DNA of 64,000 nucleotides from the NCBI GenBank assembly GCA_963977015.1, contig CAXBMO010000027.1, forward strand, positions 1-64,000, in the 5' to 3' direction. The DNA is from an uncultured bacterium. GTDB lineage: Bacteria; Verrucomicrobiota; Verrucomicrobiia; Verrucomicrobiales; DEV007. Below the pieces are notes generated by a model. It did not search any database. It was not told the DNA's origin and saw nothing but the letters and a program-made list of their open reading frames with translations. Below are positions 9,702-19,704 of this stretch, piece after piece. The stretch's first letter is position 1. Each line of letters starts with the position of its first letter. The position numbers and the translations under genes are program-made.

Positions 9702-12700
9702 CTAGTCCGCAGGCTTGTCGCTCAGGGTCAGGAACCCATCCCGGTCGAACGTTCCGCGTTCCCCGGTTTGAATCCAGTCCTGGCCATTGAGCTCGGTTCG
9801 AGTGGAGTTTTTGGGAAAGGAAATGCCACGAACGAGGACCTCACCATGATCCCAGAGTTTGAGACATTTCCGGTCGCCGTTGTCCGAAGTGACGAGCCTT
9901 GCGCTGATGCCGGGAAGCAATCGCCCGACGGTTCCTTCGCGGTTGCCGACCTGGGGAAGGTGGGCGGGAACCATGGACGTCGGATCCTTGGTATTCATGC
10001 ACACGATGGCACCGAGTTGGTCGGGCGCGAAGATCTCGCAGTATTCGCCGCCGGAGGACTCCAGAACTTCAATCTCGTCTTTGGAAAGCGAGTTGCGATG
10101 ATAATTGAGAAAGACTTTGATGCTCTCGCTGATTTCTTCGTCGGAATCTGCGAGCAAGTTTCGCGTTAACGTGGGGTCGAGAAGGACGATCTGCGGTTGG
10201 GATTCCAGCAACACCAGTCGAACGGGAATATCCCGGGAACCCAAGCCACGAAAAACCGCTCGGCCTCGTTGGATGACCGGATGCCAAAGGCCAAGAATGC
10301 TCGCGGCGACACTGTTCAGCGTTTGTTCCACGTAAATCTGATCGTTGGGAAGAAAGACCAGCGAACTGTCGATTTGAAAAACCGAGGCGAGAATGTTGCG
10401 GTGATTCAGGGAGACGAAGTCGTCTTCATCGGTGACAAACCCGATCGCTTCCGCCTCGAGGTTTTGACGATGAAGTTTCAACCTGCGAACGACCCAGGAC
10501 CCAGGTTCGAGAGGGGAGAGGATGCGGCTCAGAATCTTCGTGAGCGGGCCAACCCGGCCAATCTCCGTTCCCATGTCGAGGAAGGTCTCCGGCATTGGGG
10601 TAGTGGGGAATAGCGTTCGCGAGCTGATGACAAGATCGATGTTATGACGCTTCAAAACCCGGTCTCGCCGTTCGGGGTGGGTGATGAACTCGAGCGGCAG
10701 GTTGACGGGAACGCGTTTGGCAAGGACGAGGGCGACGTTGATCAGGCTCGTGAGCGCCCCGGCCGGGAGCAAAACGCCGACGCGTTGCTGTTCCGCAGGC
10801 CAGGTGGAGTTCCATTTTTTGGCAAGGCCCGATGCGGTGGCAAAGGTCGTGTTGCGGCTCAATTCGCGGCGGCGTTTTCCGATTTCGATGAAGACTTCCT
10901 CACGCTTGCGCCGTTTCAAGCCTCGCACGGCAGCCTCTCCAAGGCTCATCTTGAGATCCTTCCGTTCGGCAAACGCTTCGGCCGACAGATCCTGGATCAC
11001 CGAGCGAACATGGGCGCTCTCGACCTCGTCGCAGGGAATCAGGTTTCCGAAATTGACCGTAACCGGATAACGTAACCGCTTGGGCACCTTGTAGAAATAG
11101 CGGAAGCGTTCGAAGGAAAAAATCGATCCCCAAAGCGAATCCATGTAAACCGGCAGGATCGGCGCGTTGGCCTGACGCGTGATCAATTCGAATCCTTTCT
11201 TGAGTTGGTTCAACATTCCGGTTCGCGTCAGCATCCCTTCCGGAAAAATGCAAACCACGGAGCCCTCGTTGACGGCATCGGCGGTGGCTCGAATGGCTTC
11301 CTTGGCGCGGGTCGAGGAAATGGGGATCACGTCAAAGACTCGCAGAAACCAGGAGAAGGCGCGGAATTTGAGAAAGTTTCGTTCGATGACAAAGCGAACC
11401 GGCCGTGGGCACGCTGCGCTAATCATAAAGGCGTCGATATAGCTAACGTGGTTGCTGATCATCAAGACGCCGCCGGACTTCGGAATGCGATCCGTGTTGA
11501 GTGGCGTGATGCGGTAGACGGAATGCAACAACGGCATGATCATGAACCGCAGGAAGTGCCCCGGCATCAGGCGAAGAATATAGATGCCGGCGGCGATGGA
11601 AAGGAGGGCCAGGATTCCAAATTGCCAAGAGGAATTCAAGCTTGCCTCGCGAAGTAACTTCACGAAGCCGATCGCCAACATTCCGGCGATCGCGTTCAGC
11701 AGGTTCACGGCGGAGGTGATGCGACCACGATGTTCAGGGAGCGCGGTATCTTGAATAAAGGCGTTTAAGGGAACCAGGAACATCCCTGCAAAAAAGCCCA
11801 GGGAGCAAACCCAGACGTAGTAGATGGAAGCAGAGCCGGTCAAGGCCGCCCCCAGGCAGCTGAGGGCGATTCCCGACGCACCGAGCGGCACGAGCCCCAA
11901 CTCGATTCCTCTTCGCGAAACGATCGATACGAAAAGGCTTCCCAACACGATTCCCAGTCCGACGATTCCATTGAGCAGCGCAAAAAACTGTCCGGCGTCA
12001 CCGAGCCCGGCGAGTTGCCATTCTTTGCCCACATCGATCAGCATGAGGGCAACGGCGCCGCCCGCAAACCAGAAATAGCTGACTCCAATCCCCGCGAGTC
12101 TCAGTTCCCGGTGCCTGAACAATTCTCCCAAGTGTTCGAAATGCTCGAACAACGTTTTCGTTTGGAAGGGATCGCGCGATTGATTGGGCGTTTTGCGCAC
12201 GAACTGCATCGAGATGATCTGAAAGGACGAAACGAGCAGCAAGACGAAGATGATGAAGGTTGCCGCGTGCCATTCGGTTGCCTTGTTGGGAAGCCCGGCG
12301 ATGGCCGCGACGATGTCGACGACTTCCTGTTGTTGGACGGAATTGAGTTCTGCGGACGACTCGAACGCCGGATTCAAGTGATCCGTTTTGACCTTCTGAA
12401 GCAGGTCTGCTTTTTGCGGTGGCAGGCTGGATTCCGGAAGGTCCGCGACCAACGCGCCGTCATTGTCGAAGAAGCGGAAATGTAGGCCCTCGGCGGAACT
12501 GCCCACAATCAGGGTCGCCTCGCCGGAGGTGGGCAATTCGCTCGTCGCCACGTCCGGGAGGAGAACGAGATCATGCGTCTTCTTGAGCCCGGCATACCAG
12601 ATTCCCCCGATCACGGTTCCGATGATGATGGAAAGCACCACCAGCATCTGCATCCATCCCGCGGCGACCGCCAGCTTCTTGGAGCCGACCAGCTCCTTGC

Positions 12701-13193
12701 AGATTCCCATCTTGGCGGGTGACAACAGGGTGGATTGAAAGGCGAGAAAGAAGAACCCCAGGGTGGCCCACCACAGCATCTGATTCTTCAGGCAGAGCGT
12801 GATCCAGGCCAGCACGGCGGCTTGAATGTAGAGACACCACAGCAAAACCGATCTCTTGGAGAATCGGTCGGAAATCCAGCCGGCGATGGGGGCAAAAAGG
12901 ACAAAGGGAAGCGCAACCAGGAACGAGATGTAGAGCTCGTAATCCATCAGCAACTGGAATTCCGTGCTTTGCTCGACCGCGGCTTTGGCTTCGCCAACCA
13001 GTTCCACGCCGTCGGTGACGAGCATCCCGGTGCCCAGCGTCACCGCCAGGCTAATCAGCATGAACTGGCTGATCTTGTCGTTGAAAACGTTGTGAGCCTG
13101 TACAATCAGGACCCCGATCATGGATCTCCAATCTGGGCGAAAATCGTCAGAATCGTGATCGGGGAGATCGGGTACGTCTGGACTGTCCGGCAT
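9702..13193 (-). CDS. MFS (LplT-like) + PlsC-type acyltransferase + degenerate AMP-binding domain fusion (Aas-like)
   Basis: MFS motif GWISDRFSKR; acyltransferase NHVSYID and FPEG; remnant AMP-binding motifs GTVGRLLPG and WIQTGERGTFDRDGFL. Alternative TTG start at 13211. Confidence 0.85.
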   Translation of the reverse strand: MPDSPDVPDLPDHDSDDFRPDWRSMIGVLIVQAHNVFNDKISQFMLISLAVTLGTGMLVTDGVELVGEAKAAVEQSTEFQLLMDYELYISFLVALPFVLFAPIAGWISDRFSKRSVLLWCLYIQAAVLAWITLCLKNQMLWWATLGFFFLAFQSTLLSPAKMGICKELVGSKKLAVAAGWMQMLVVLSIIIGTVIGGIWYAGLKKTHDLVLLPDVATSELPTSGEATLIVGSSAEGLHFRFFDNDGALVADLPESSLPPQKADLLQKVKTDHLNPAFESSAELNSVQQQEVVDIVAAIAGLPNKATEWHAATFIIFVLLLVSSFQIISMQFVRKTPNQSRDPFQTKTLFEHFEHLGELFRHRELRLAGIGVSYFWFAGGAVALMLIDVGKEWQLAGLGDAGQFFALLNGIVGLGIVLGSLFVSIVSRRGIELGLVPLGASGIALSCLGAALTGSASIYYVWVCSLGFFAGMFLVPLNAFIQDTALPEHRGRITSAVNLLNAIAGMLAIGFVKLLREASLNSSWQFGILALLSIAAGIYILRLMPGHFLRFMIMPLLHSVYRITPLNTDRIPKSGGVLMISNHVSYIDAFMISAACPRPVRFVIERNFLKFRAFSWFLRVFDVIPISSTRAKEAIRATADAVNEGSVVCIFPEGMLTRTGMLNQLKKGFELITRQANAPILPVYMDSLWGSIFSFERFRYFYKVPKRLRYPVTVNFGNLIPCDEVESAHVRSVIQDLSAEAFAERKDLKMSLGEAAVRGLKRRKREEVFIEIGKRRRELSRNTTFATASGLAKKWNSTWPAEQQRVGVLLPAGALTSLINVALVLAKRVPVNLPLEFITHPERRDRVLKRHNIDLVISSRTLFPTTPMPETFLDMGTEIGRVGPLTKILSRILSPLEPGSWVVRRLKLHRQNLEAEAIGFVTDEDDFVSLNHRNILASVFQIDSSLVFLPNDQIYVEQTLNSVAASILGLWHPVIQRGRAVFRGLGSRDIPVRLVLLESQPQIVLLDPTLTRNLLADSDEEISESIKVFLNYHRNSLSKDEIEVLESSGGEYCEIFAPDQLGAIVCMNTKDPTSMVPAHLPQVGNREGTVGRLLPGISARLVTSDNGDRKCLKLWDHGEVLVRGISFPKNSTRTELNGQDWIQTGERGTFDRDGFLTLSDKPAD

Positions 13194-13279
13194 CGGCAGA
13201 AGTTTAAGCAAACTAAAACGATGCGCACCACCGAAAGTTTGCAGTTTTGCAGAGCATCACGAAACCGCTGCGAGGGGCG

Positions 13280-15772
13280 TTACTCGGTGTCGTCCCAGTA
13301 AAAGTGCTCCAATCGGAGCTTGTCCGCCAATCGGGCTGCTTCAATCGCCCGCGTGCCTCCGGTTTGGGCCAACCGCTCCGCCAGCCGGATCGCGGCGCCC
13401 CATTGTTCCTGCTTCTGGAGCAGGGCGATGGCTGAAAATCCAGCCCGGTAAAACCAGGTGTATTCCGGAACCTCCTCCGGGCTGAGTCCCAGGGCGGGAG
13501 CCTGACTGATGACGTCGTAGTAGACCTCCAACGCAGAACCGTCGTCCGGCAATTGTTCCAGACAGCGGGCTTTGTGGACGGCTGCCTGGTTTTTCCAGAA
13601 TCGGCTCGCGCCCGGTGAATCCAAAATCCGGTCAAAGCTGGCAATGGCGCTCACGAGCATCGGTCGTGGATCGGGCAAATCCGCCGCTTTTCGCGTCGCG
13701 GCCTGGCCTTTGTTGAGAAGCACCGCGAGGCGCAGATTGGGATCGAGGGACTTCTCGTTTTCCAACAGCTTGTTCAACACGCGAACCGAATCGTCGGCTT
13801 TGCCCATCTTGAGGGTCGCGAGCGCCTGATGACGCAGGGCTTCCTGCGCAAGCGGACCACCCGCATCGACGACGCGCCCCCAAAGCTCAATCGCGTACTG
13901 AAGGCTTTTCGCATTCATGGTCGATTCCGCGGCTTTTCCCGCAAAAAACAACGCGGTGTCGCGAAGTGGGCCGTTCGGATCCTCCTCCGCCAAACGCTGG
14001 AACTGATCTCGCGCATTCGGGAAGTCCTTGGCGGCGTAGTAGATCTCACCCAGCTTCATGCGGATTTCGGAGCGAAACTTGGATTGGGGCCAGGATTTGA
14101 GAAATTGCTCTCCCAGTTCGAGCGCTTTGTCTTCCTCATTCCCCGCAGAAGCTTCAATCCACATAGCAACGTAGTCGGAGCGTTCCGCCAACTCATTGGA
14201 AAGCTCTCGTTGGCGAAGTGCCGCCAGTTGTTTGCGGGCCGCAACGGGAAGAAACTCAAGCAGGTAGATCTCAGCCAAAGCCAATTCCGCTTCCGCAACG
14301 CGCGGGTGGTCGGGATGGTCGGTCGCGAATTCCTGGAGCTCGTTGAGTGCCTCCGGATCGGAAGTCGCGGCGAGCCGGAGCGCGCGTTCCAGCCGGAGAT
14401 CCGCCTGGGCGCTGGCAATCTTTTCCTGGAGTCCCAGTTGGCGGAACTCTGCGAGATAGCGTTGCTGATTCTGACCGTAGAGCGCGGCAACCGCCGCGTT
14501 GAAAACGGCGTTGGGATTCTCCGCTTCATCACCACCCGCCAAGCCAAACGCATCGGCGGCTTTCGAGAAATTGTTGAGGGCAAACTCCGCCCGACCGCGA
14601 ACATAAGCCACGTATTGGCGAATCCCGGGGTTCAGCATCGCCAGATTGATCTTGTCGAGCAGGTCCGTGGCCTTTTCCGGGTTGGCGGATTCCACGTAGA
14701 GCTCGGCCAAGCGAATCGTCGCTGCATTGGCCAGAAAATGCTCCGAATGTTTCGCGACAAACGCTTCCAGGTTCTTCGAGGCGGTTTCCAGCTTGGTCTG
14801 GCGGGCGCTGTGAAACAGGGTCAAGCCCTGGAGCTCCGGTTTGGGCGATTTCTGCCAATTCTGGACCATGGGATGAGGTCGCTCCCGCTCGAAAAACCGA
14901 AGCTTCTCCAAACGCTCAAACGCGGCAGGCAGCATCGGGCTATCAGGCGATTTACTCACAAATTGCACCAACTGATCTACTGCATCGTCGGTTTTGCCGC
15001 GTTGCTGACTCACGTCGGCCATGCCCAATTGGGCACGGTGATGAATGCGGGCATTGACTCCTTCCGAATTTTGGATCACTGAGCGAAATTGCCGTTCGGC
15101 GCGGCTCAGATCACCTTTTGCGAGCAAGCGCTGCGCATCGAGCAGCGCGATCTTCAGTTTCGAGCTTTCATCGGCCGTGTCCTTGATCGATTTGAGAATC
15201 GTCTCCACTTCGGTCAACTCATCCAAGCTCAGATAAATGTCTGCGGAACGGATGGCCGCCTGAAGTCGCACGGGTTCAATCGTTGAAGCGGAGCGGAGTG
15301 GCTCCAGGACCTTGAGTGCCATTCTCGGTTCATTCAGCGAAACCAGGAGATTCGCGCGCGTCAACGTCGCGTAGATAAAGCGGGGATCGCCCACCAATCC
15401 TTCGTAAAAGCGGAAGTGTTGCTCCGCCTCCGAATGGTTCCCAAGTCGAGCCAACGCGATTCCCTTCCAGAAGGGCATCGCGGGGTGGCGTTCCAGCGGC
15501 TTCTCCTGGCAAAACGCCAACGCATCCACAAAGCGTTCCTGCCGGACCATGCTCTCGAGCAGCCGGGACGCGACGGTCGCAACTTCCTCGGGCGTGAGCT
15601 CCTCTGGACTGCGATAGATCCGCGCCAGCTTTTCGGTTGCCACCGCAGGAAGATCGTCTGCGAGCGCCTGAATCGCGGCTTGAAACTCGGCATTTTCGTC
15701 CAACGAAGCAGCAAGAATCTGGACCCCGAAAAACGGAGCGAGAATCCAAAGCTGATAGCGGGGGACGGTCAT
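13280..15772 (-). CDS. Exported tetratricopeptide-repeat protein
   Basis: Hydrophobic N-terminal signal-like segment, then helical TPR-like repeats (e.g. RMKLGEIYYAAKDFPNARDQFQRL, HPRVAEAELALAEIY). Confidence 0.8.
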   Translation of the reverse strand: MTVPRYQLWILAPFFGVQILAASLDENAEFQAAIQALADDLPAVATEKLARIYRSPEELTPEEVATVASRLLESMVRQERFVDALAFCQEKPLERHPAMPFWKGIALARLGNHSEAEQHFRFYEGLVGDPRFIYATLTRANLLVSLNEPRMALKVLEPLRSASTIEPVRLQAAIRSADIYLSLDELTEVETILKSIKDTADESSKLKIALLDAQRLLAKGDLSRAERQFRSVIQNSEGVNARIHHRAQLGMADVSQQRGKTDDAVDQLVQFVSKSPDSPMLPAAFERLEKLRFFERERPHPMVQNWQKSPKPELQGLTLFHSARQTKLETASKNLEAFVAKHSEHFLANAATIRLAELYVESANPEKATDLLDKINLAMLNPGIRQYVAYVRGRAEFALNNFSKAADAFGLAGGDEAENPNAVFNAAVAALYGQNQQRYLAEFRQLGLQEKIASAQADLRLERALRLAATSDPEALNELQEFATDHPDHPRVAEAELALAEIYLLEFLPVAARKQLAALRQRELSNELAERSDYVAMWIEASAGNEEDKALELGEQFLKSWPQSKFRSEIRMKLGEIYYAAKDFPNARDQFQRLAEEDPNGPLRDTALFFAGKAAESTMNAKSLQYAIELWGRVVDAGGPLAQEALRHQALATLKMGKADDSVRVLNKLLENEKSLDPNLRLAVLLNKGQAATRKAADLPDPRPMLVSAIASFDRILDSPGASRFWKNQAAVHKARCLEQLPDDGSALEVYYDVISQAPALGLSPEEVPEYTWFYRAGFSAIALLQKQEQWGAAIRLAERLAQTGGTRAIEAARLADKLRLEHFYWDDTE

Positions 15773-15822
15773 GGGCCAATTCAGCCTAGAGCGGAGCGGG
15801 GCCAAGTCAAAGCCCTTCGTAT

Positions 15823-16269
15823 TTAGCCAACTGCACCGGTTAAAGCATAACCACCCTTACTCTTCACCAAATTGATTTCGAGAAGCAGCACTTCGCCGTC
15901 GTTCATCGTCACCGTTCCCATCACTGAAATCCACTCCGCTTCGTGCTTGCGCCGCTTCCATTCGACCTGCCGAATCTGGCTGAGATCACCTTGATCCACG
16001 GTTTGGTCCTCACCCGCAATTGAGTTGCCTTCATAATTCAGGCCGAGCAACTCCGCGATGTATTGGGCGTGATTCATCCCCATTCCCAACTGGGTTTGGC
16101 GATGGGTCGCATCAGCCATGTCGAGCAGCGTCAGCCACTCGTGAAGCTCGATGCTCGCCTCGATGGTTTCGAGCGTTTCTGCCAGCGGATCAACGGGGTC
16201 CTGCGCGGACAGATTCCAGGGAAGGATGAGCGCAGCCTGAGCGAGTGCGACGATGAAGCAGTTTTTCAT
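15823..16269 (-). CDS. Hypothetical exported protein
   Basis: Signal-peptide-like MKNCFIVALAQAALILPWNLSA|Q. Fills the gap in a co-directional run. Confidence 0.7.
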   Translation of the reverse strand: MKNCFIVALAQAALILPWNLSAQDPVDPLAETLETIEASIELHEWLTLLDMADATHRQTQLGMGMNHAQYIAELLGLNYEGNSIAGEDQTVDQGDLSQIRQVEWKRRKHEAEWISVMGTVTMNDGEVLLLEINLVKSKGGYALTGAVG

Positions 16270-16311
16270 GAATTCGATTCGGTTTGGCTGGGTTGGACGC
16301 GAAAGAATCCG

Positions 16312-17223
16312 CTATTCCGCCAAAATCTTTGGCGCGAGATCCTCCTCAATGAACTTCGCGATCGCATCCTGCCACGGCGCTGGGGTGATGCCGGCGTCCT
16401 TGATCAGGAGTTCGGTAGAAAGCGACGTCCGCCGTGGGCGTTTCGCCTTCCAATTCGCCAACTTGGCCAATTCATCCATTTTGATCTCGCCCAATTGCGT
16501 GGTTTTCAGCGGAATCCCCGCCTCTGCCGCGCAGTCGATGCAGTGCTGTCCCCATTCGTTCCAACTGCAGGTTCCCGTGTTGGCCATGTGAAGAATGCCG
16601 CCATAAGGCTCCTCGCTGAGGACGAACGACTCCAAAAACCCGACGGCTTCCCTCGCGCTGGTTGTCGTTCCCCATTTGTCGCTCACCACGTTCACTTCCT
16701 CTTTCGCCATTGCCTGCCGAATCACCCACTCCGGAAACCCCGCCTTGCCGGGCCCGTAAAGCCAGGAAACCCGCACCGCGAGGTGATCGGGAAATGAGCT
16801 GAAAAGCTCCTCCTCGCCAATGTGTTTCGATTCTCCGTAGGCGCTGATCGGGTTCGGCTCATCGCTTTCGACGTAAGGCTCCTCCTTTTCGCCATCAAAG
16901 ACGTAATCCGTGCTGATGTGAATCACCTGAGCGCCCTGGTCCGCCGCAATCGAGCCCATCAGCCCCACCGCGTAACCATTAATCTGGTCGGCCAGTTTGG
17001 AATTCTCCTCGCAGCCGTCCACATCGGTCATCGCGGCCGCATTCAGAATCACGTCAAAGTCGCCAATGTCATTCAGCGCCCTCCGGATTGAGGAATCCTT
17101 GCTCAAATCCATTTCCTTGCGGCTCAGCGCAAACACATCACACCCCGGCAAACCGGTAAACCAGTCTGCGCAAAGACTTCCGAGCATCCCTCCAGCGCCT
17201 GTAATGACAATCCGTTTGTTCAT
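16312..17223 (-). CDS. rfbD: dTDP-4-dehydrorhamnose reductase
   Basis: ITGAGGMLG, NAAAMTDVDGCE, HISTDYVFDG, YGESK (YxxxK). Confidence 0.92.
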   Translation of the reverse strand: MNKRIVITGAGGMLGSLCADWFTGLPGCDVFALSRKEMDLSKDSSIRRALNDIGDFDVILNAAAMTDVDGCEENSKLADQINGYAVGLMGSIAADQGAQVIHISTDYVFDGEKEEPYVESDEPNPISAYGESKHIGEEELFSSFPDHLAVRVSWLYGPGKAGFPEWVIRQAMAKEEVNVVSDKWGTTTSAREAVGFLESFVLSEEPYGGILHMANTGTCSWNEWGQHCIDCAAEAGIPLKTTQLGEIKMDELAKLANWKAKRPRRTSLSTELLIKDAGITPAPWQDAIAKFIEEDLAPKILAE

Positions 17224-17256
17224 CTCGCGCGATGTTGAGGCAAAAATGCCTCGGAA

Positions 17257-18066
17257 TCAACCATTTCCGGCGGGCAGATGCACGTCCATTTGCGGGTAGG
17301 GAATCGAGATTCCCTCTTCGTCAAAACGCAGCTTCACCGCCTCCGTAAATTCGCATTTGAACAAGAAGTAGTCGCTCGCCTTCACCCACGGCCGCACCAG
17401 AAAATTCACGCTGCTGTCCGCCAACTCGCCCACCGCCAAAAACGGGGCCGGATCCTTCAACACGCGTGAATCGGCATCAATCAACTCCTGGAGAATCTCC
17501 TTCGCCTTGCGCAAATCATCATCATACCCAATCCCAAACACCATATCCACCCGGCGCGTCTCCCGCGCATTCGCATTCGTGATCGGCCCGCCGTAAATCT
17601 CGCCATTCGGCACAATGATCTCGCGATTGTCCGGCGTCCGCAGCGTGGAGCTGAAAATCTCGATCTTCTCCACCACGCCTGCCACCCCGGCCGCCTCAAT
17701 GAAATCCCCCATTTTGAAAGGACGAAACACCACCAGCATCACCCCGGCCGCAAAGTTCTTCAGCGAATCCTGCAGCGCCAAACCCACCGCCAGTCCCGCT
17801 GCACCAACCAACGCCACCAGCGACGTCGTATCGACGCCCAATTGGCCCAAGGCCGCCACAATCACCACCAGGTAGAGCAGTGCACTGGCAATGTTCGCGA
17901 TGAAGTTGACCAGAATCGGGTCGCGCTTCGACTTCTTGAGCCCCGAGCGAACGCGATCAACAATCCATTTGGCCACCCAGCGGCCGATCACGAAAATGGC
18001 AATCGCCGTCAGCAACTGCACCGCAAACGGCAGCGCCAACGCCTTGACCTTGGAAATCTCAAACAT
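17257..18066 (-). CDS. mscS: Small-conductance mechanosensitive channel
   Basis: GAAGLAVGLALQDSLKNFAAG, RPFKMGDFIE, IIVPNG, ISIPYPQMDVH. Confidence 0.95.
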   Translation of the reverse strand: MFEISKVKALALPFAVQLLTAIAIFVIGRWVAKWIVDRVRSGLKKSKRDPILVNFIANIASALLYLVVIVAALGQLGVDTTSLVALVGAAGLAVGLALQDSLKNFAAGVMLVVFRPFKMGDFIEAAGVAGVVEKIEIFSSTLRTPDNREIIVPNGEIYGGPITNANARETRRVDMVFGIGYDDDLRKAKEILQELIDADSRVLKDPAPFLAVGELADSSVNFLVRPWVKASDYFLFKCEFTEAVKLRFDEEGISIPYPQMDVHLPAGNG

Positions 18067-18095
18067 TCCGCGATTCGGAAACCTGGCTCAGAGCG

Positions 18096-18686
18096 TTAAA
18101 CGTAGGGCAGAGCCTCAGCCGTCTTCGCCACCTCCGGCGCGCCCTCCAGCAACTCCGCAATCGGATCCCACTTCCCGGCAATCAACGCATCGCGCGCCGT
18201 GTCCGGAAGGTGTACCGTAATGCTCTCGTCACCGAACTGCACGCGCTGCGCATCCACATCCACCGTCACTTCCAGCTTCGGATCGGCATCCACCGCGTTC
18301 GCCAGCTTCGCCAAATCTTCCTCCGTCGCCGTCACGCAGGGAATCCCCAGCGTCGTGCAATTGCCGAAAAAGATTTCTGCAAAACTCCCTGCGATCACCG
18401 CACGAATTCCGTGCCGATAGAGAGCCTGAGGCGCATGTTCGCGGGAACTGCCGCAGCCAAAATTCATTCCGGAAATCAGGATCGGTGCATCGGGGCGCTG
18501 ATCCAGCGGATGCCCGGTCTTCGAGCCATCCTCCTTATAACGCACATCATAAAAGAGATACTCGCCCAACCCATCAAACGTCACACACTTCATGAAGCGG
18601 GCCGGAATAATCCGATCCGTATCAATATCCGCTCCGGGGACGTGGACGCCGGTTCCGCTGACTTGCGTGATTTTATCGAGTGCCAT
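18096..18686 (-). CDS. leuD: 3-isopropylmalate dehydratase small subunit
   Basis: DIDTDRIIPARF, NFGCGSSREHAPQAL, SFAEIFFGN. Confidence 0.96.
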   Translation of the reverse strand: MALDKITQVSGTGVHVPGADIDTDRIIPARFMKCVTFDGLGEYLFYDVRYKEDGSKTGHPLDQRPDAPILISGMNFGCGSSREHAPQALYRHGIRAVIAGSFAEIFFGNCTTLGIPCVTATEEDLAKLANAVDADPKLEVTVDVDAQRVQFGDESITVHLPDTARDALIAGKWDPIAELLEGAPEVAKTAEALPYV

Positions 18687-18755
18687 AGTGATTAGATAGT
18701 CGCCGAAATAGCCACATTCGCAACCACGGATCTACGGGGCCATTCAGCGCTCGGG

Positions 18756-19295
18756 TTACGTTTTACCGGTTTCGCGAAACCTCACCATTTTTCGGTGATC
18801 GTGATACTTCCGATAGATCGTGGATCCGTAGAGTTGCGACTGAGGGAACAGCGCTGAAGCGACTCTGAAGAAGAGAAACAAAAGCGGCCCAAAAATGAGG
18901 CCCTTGAGCCAAGTCCTAAATGGAGTGAGAACAAATGCAGGAATTCCAATGGCGAAAAAGAGAATCCACCGAAACACGTTGTGTTTTTTCGCGAGTAGGT
19001 ATTCCGCTTCGGAAATCGAGTTGCCGTGATAGTGCCATCGATTGTCGAGATCGGATTTGGGTGGTGAGTATGGATTATGGTTACCGGTCGACTCTGGTGC
19101 AGAATCCTTGGGATTCACGTCGGGAAAGGAGGGGTTCTTGGGGGGGCGATCGAGATTGAGTTTTGGCCGCCTTCCTTCTTTCTGTGGTGAACTTCCCAAC
19201 GTGGGTTCCGCAATTTCATTCCTGCAGTTTGGGCATTTCCGGTCATCCAAAACCAAAACCTTGGTTCGGCAATCAGGGCAAAACTCTGTCTCCAT
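18756..19295 (-). CDS. Hypothetical Zn-ribbon membrane protein
   Basis: From M36 of the ORF: CPDC...CPNC, Pro-rich linker with NPYSPP, two C-terminal TM helices. Confidence 0.65.
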   Translation of the reverse strand: METEFCPDCRTKVLVLDDRKCPNCRNEIAEPTLGSSPQKEGRRPKLNLDRPPKNPSFPDVNPKDSAPESTGNHNPYSPPKSDLDNRWHYHGNSISEAEYLLAKKHNVFRWILFFAIGIPAFVLTPFRTWLKGLIFGPLLFLFFRVASALFPQSQLYGSTIYRKYHDHRKMVRFRETGKT

Positions 19296-19405
19296 GTGTC
19301 TGAGGTATCGAAACCCGATCGAGAAGTCAATAGTGCTAACCACAATCGGGATCCTCGAAACTCCGGATATCAATTCCGCCCAACCCGCTTTGCGATCCAA
19401 GAGAG

Positions 19406-19528
19406 AGTCCCGGAGGGACTACCGAGACTAGCGCGGGGTAAAGCGAAGCGAAACCCCGGGACCACCGACGACAAAGACCATGGCGCGCCGAAGGTGCGCG
19501 AGAATGATTCTGGCGTCCCTGCCGGGAC
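19406..19528. repeat. REP/REPIN-like palindrome cluster (partial)
   Basis: Hairpins agtccc-gga-gggact, cggggt...accccg and gcgcgcc-gaa-ggtgcgc, plus gtccctgccgggac, which is an imperfect inverted copy of the first. Confidence 0.6.
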
Positions 19529-19704
19529 AGGATATGGCACGCATGGTGACAGCCCTCGCTCCACCGCAACGATCGGGGAACCAACGGAACGCCGCCCTCC
19601 GGGTTTGGGTCGGGATAGTCCTTGTCTTTTTGTCAGTTCCGGTTTTCTGTGCGCGCCCGTTCGGCGTCCCGAACGGATTTTCCAACCTTTCTCGTTGATT
19701 GATC

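Noticed and set aside
13829-15082. 417 aa plus-strand ORF (likewise 24028-25074, 27332-28528, 28776-29909, 48508-49644)
   Set aside because: All overlap confidently assigned genes on the opposite strand and lack recognisable features.
19400-19700. T-box or attenuator upstream of leuS
   Set aside because: No T-box consensus, terminator/antiterminator pair or Leu-rich leader peptide seen. The hairpins fit a REP-like element better.
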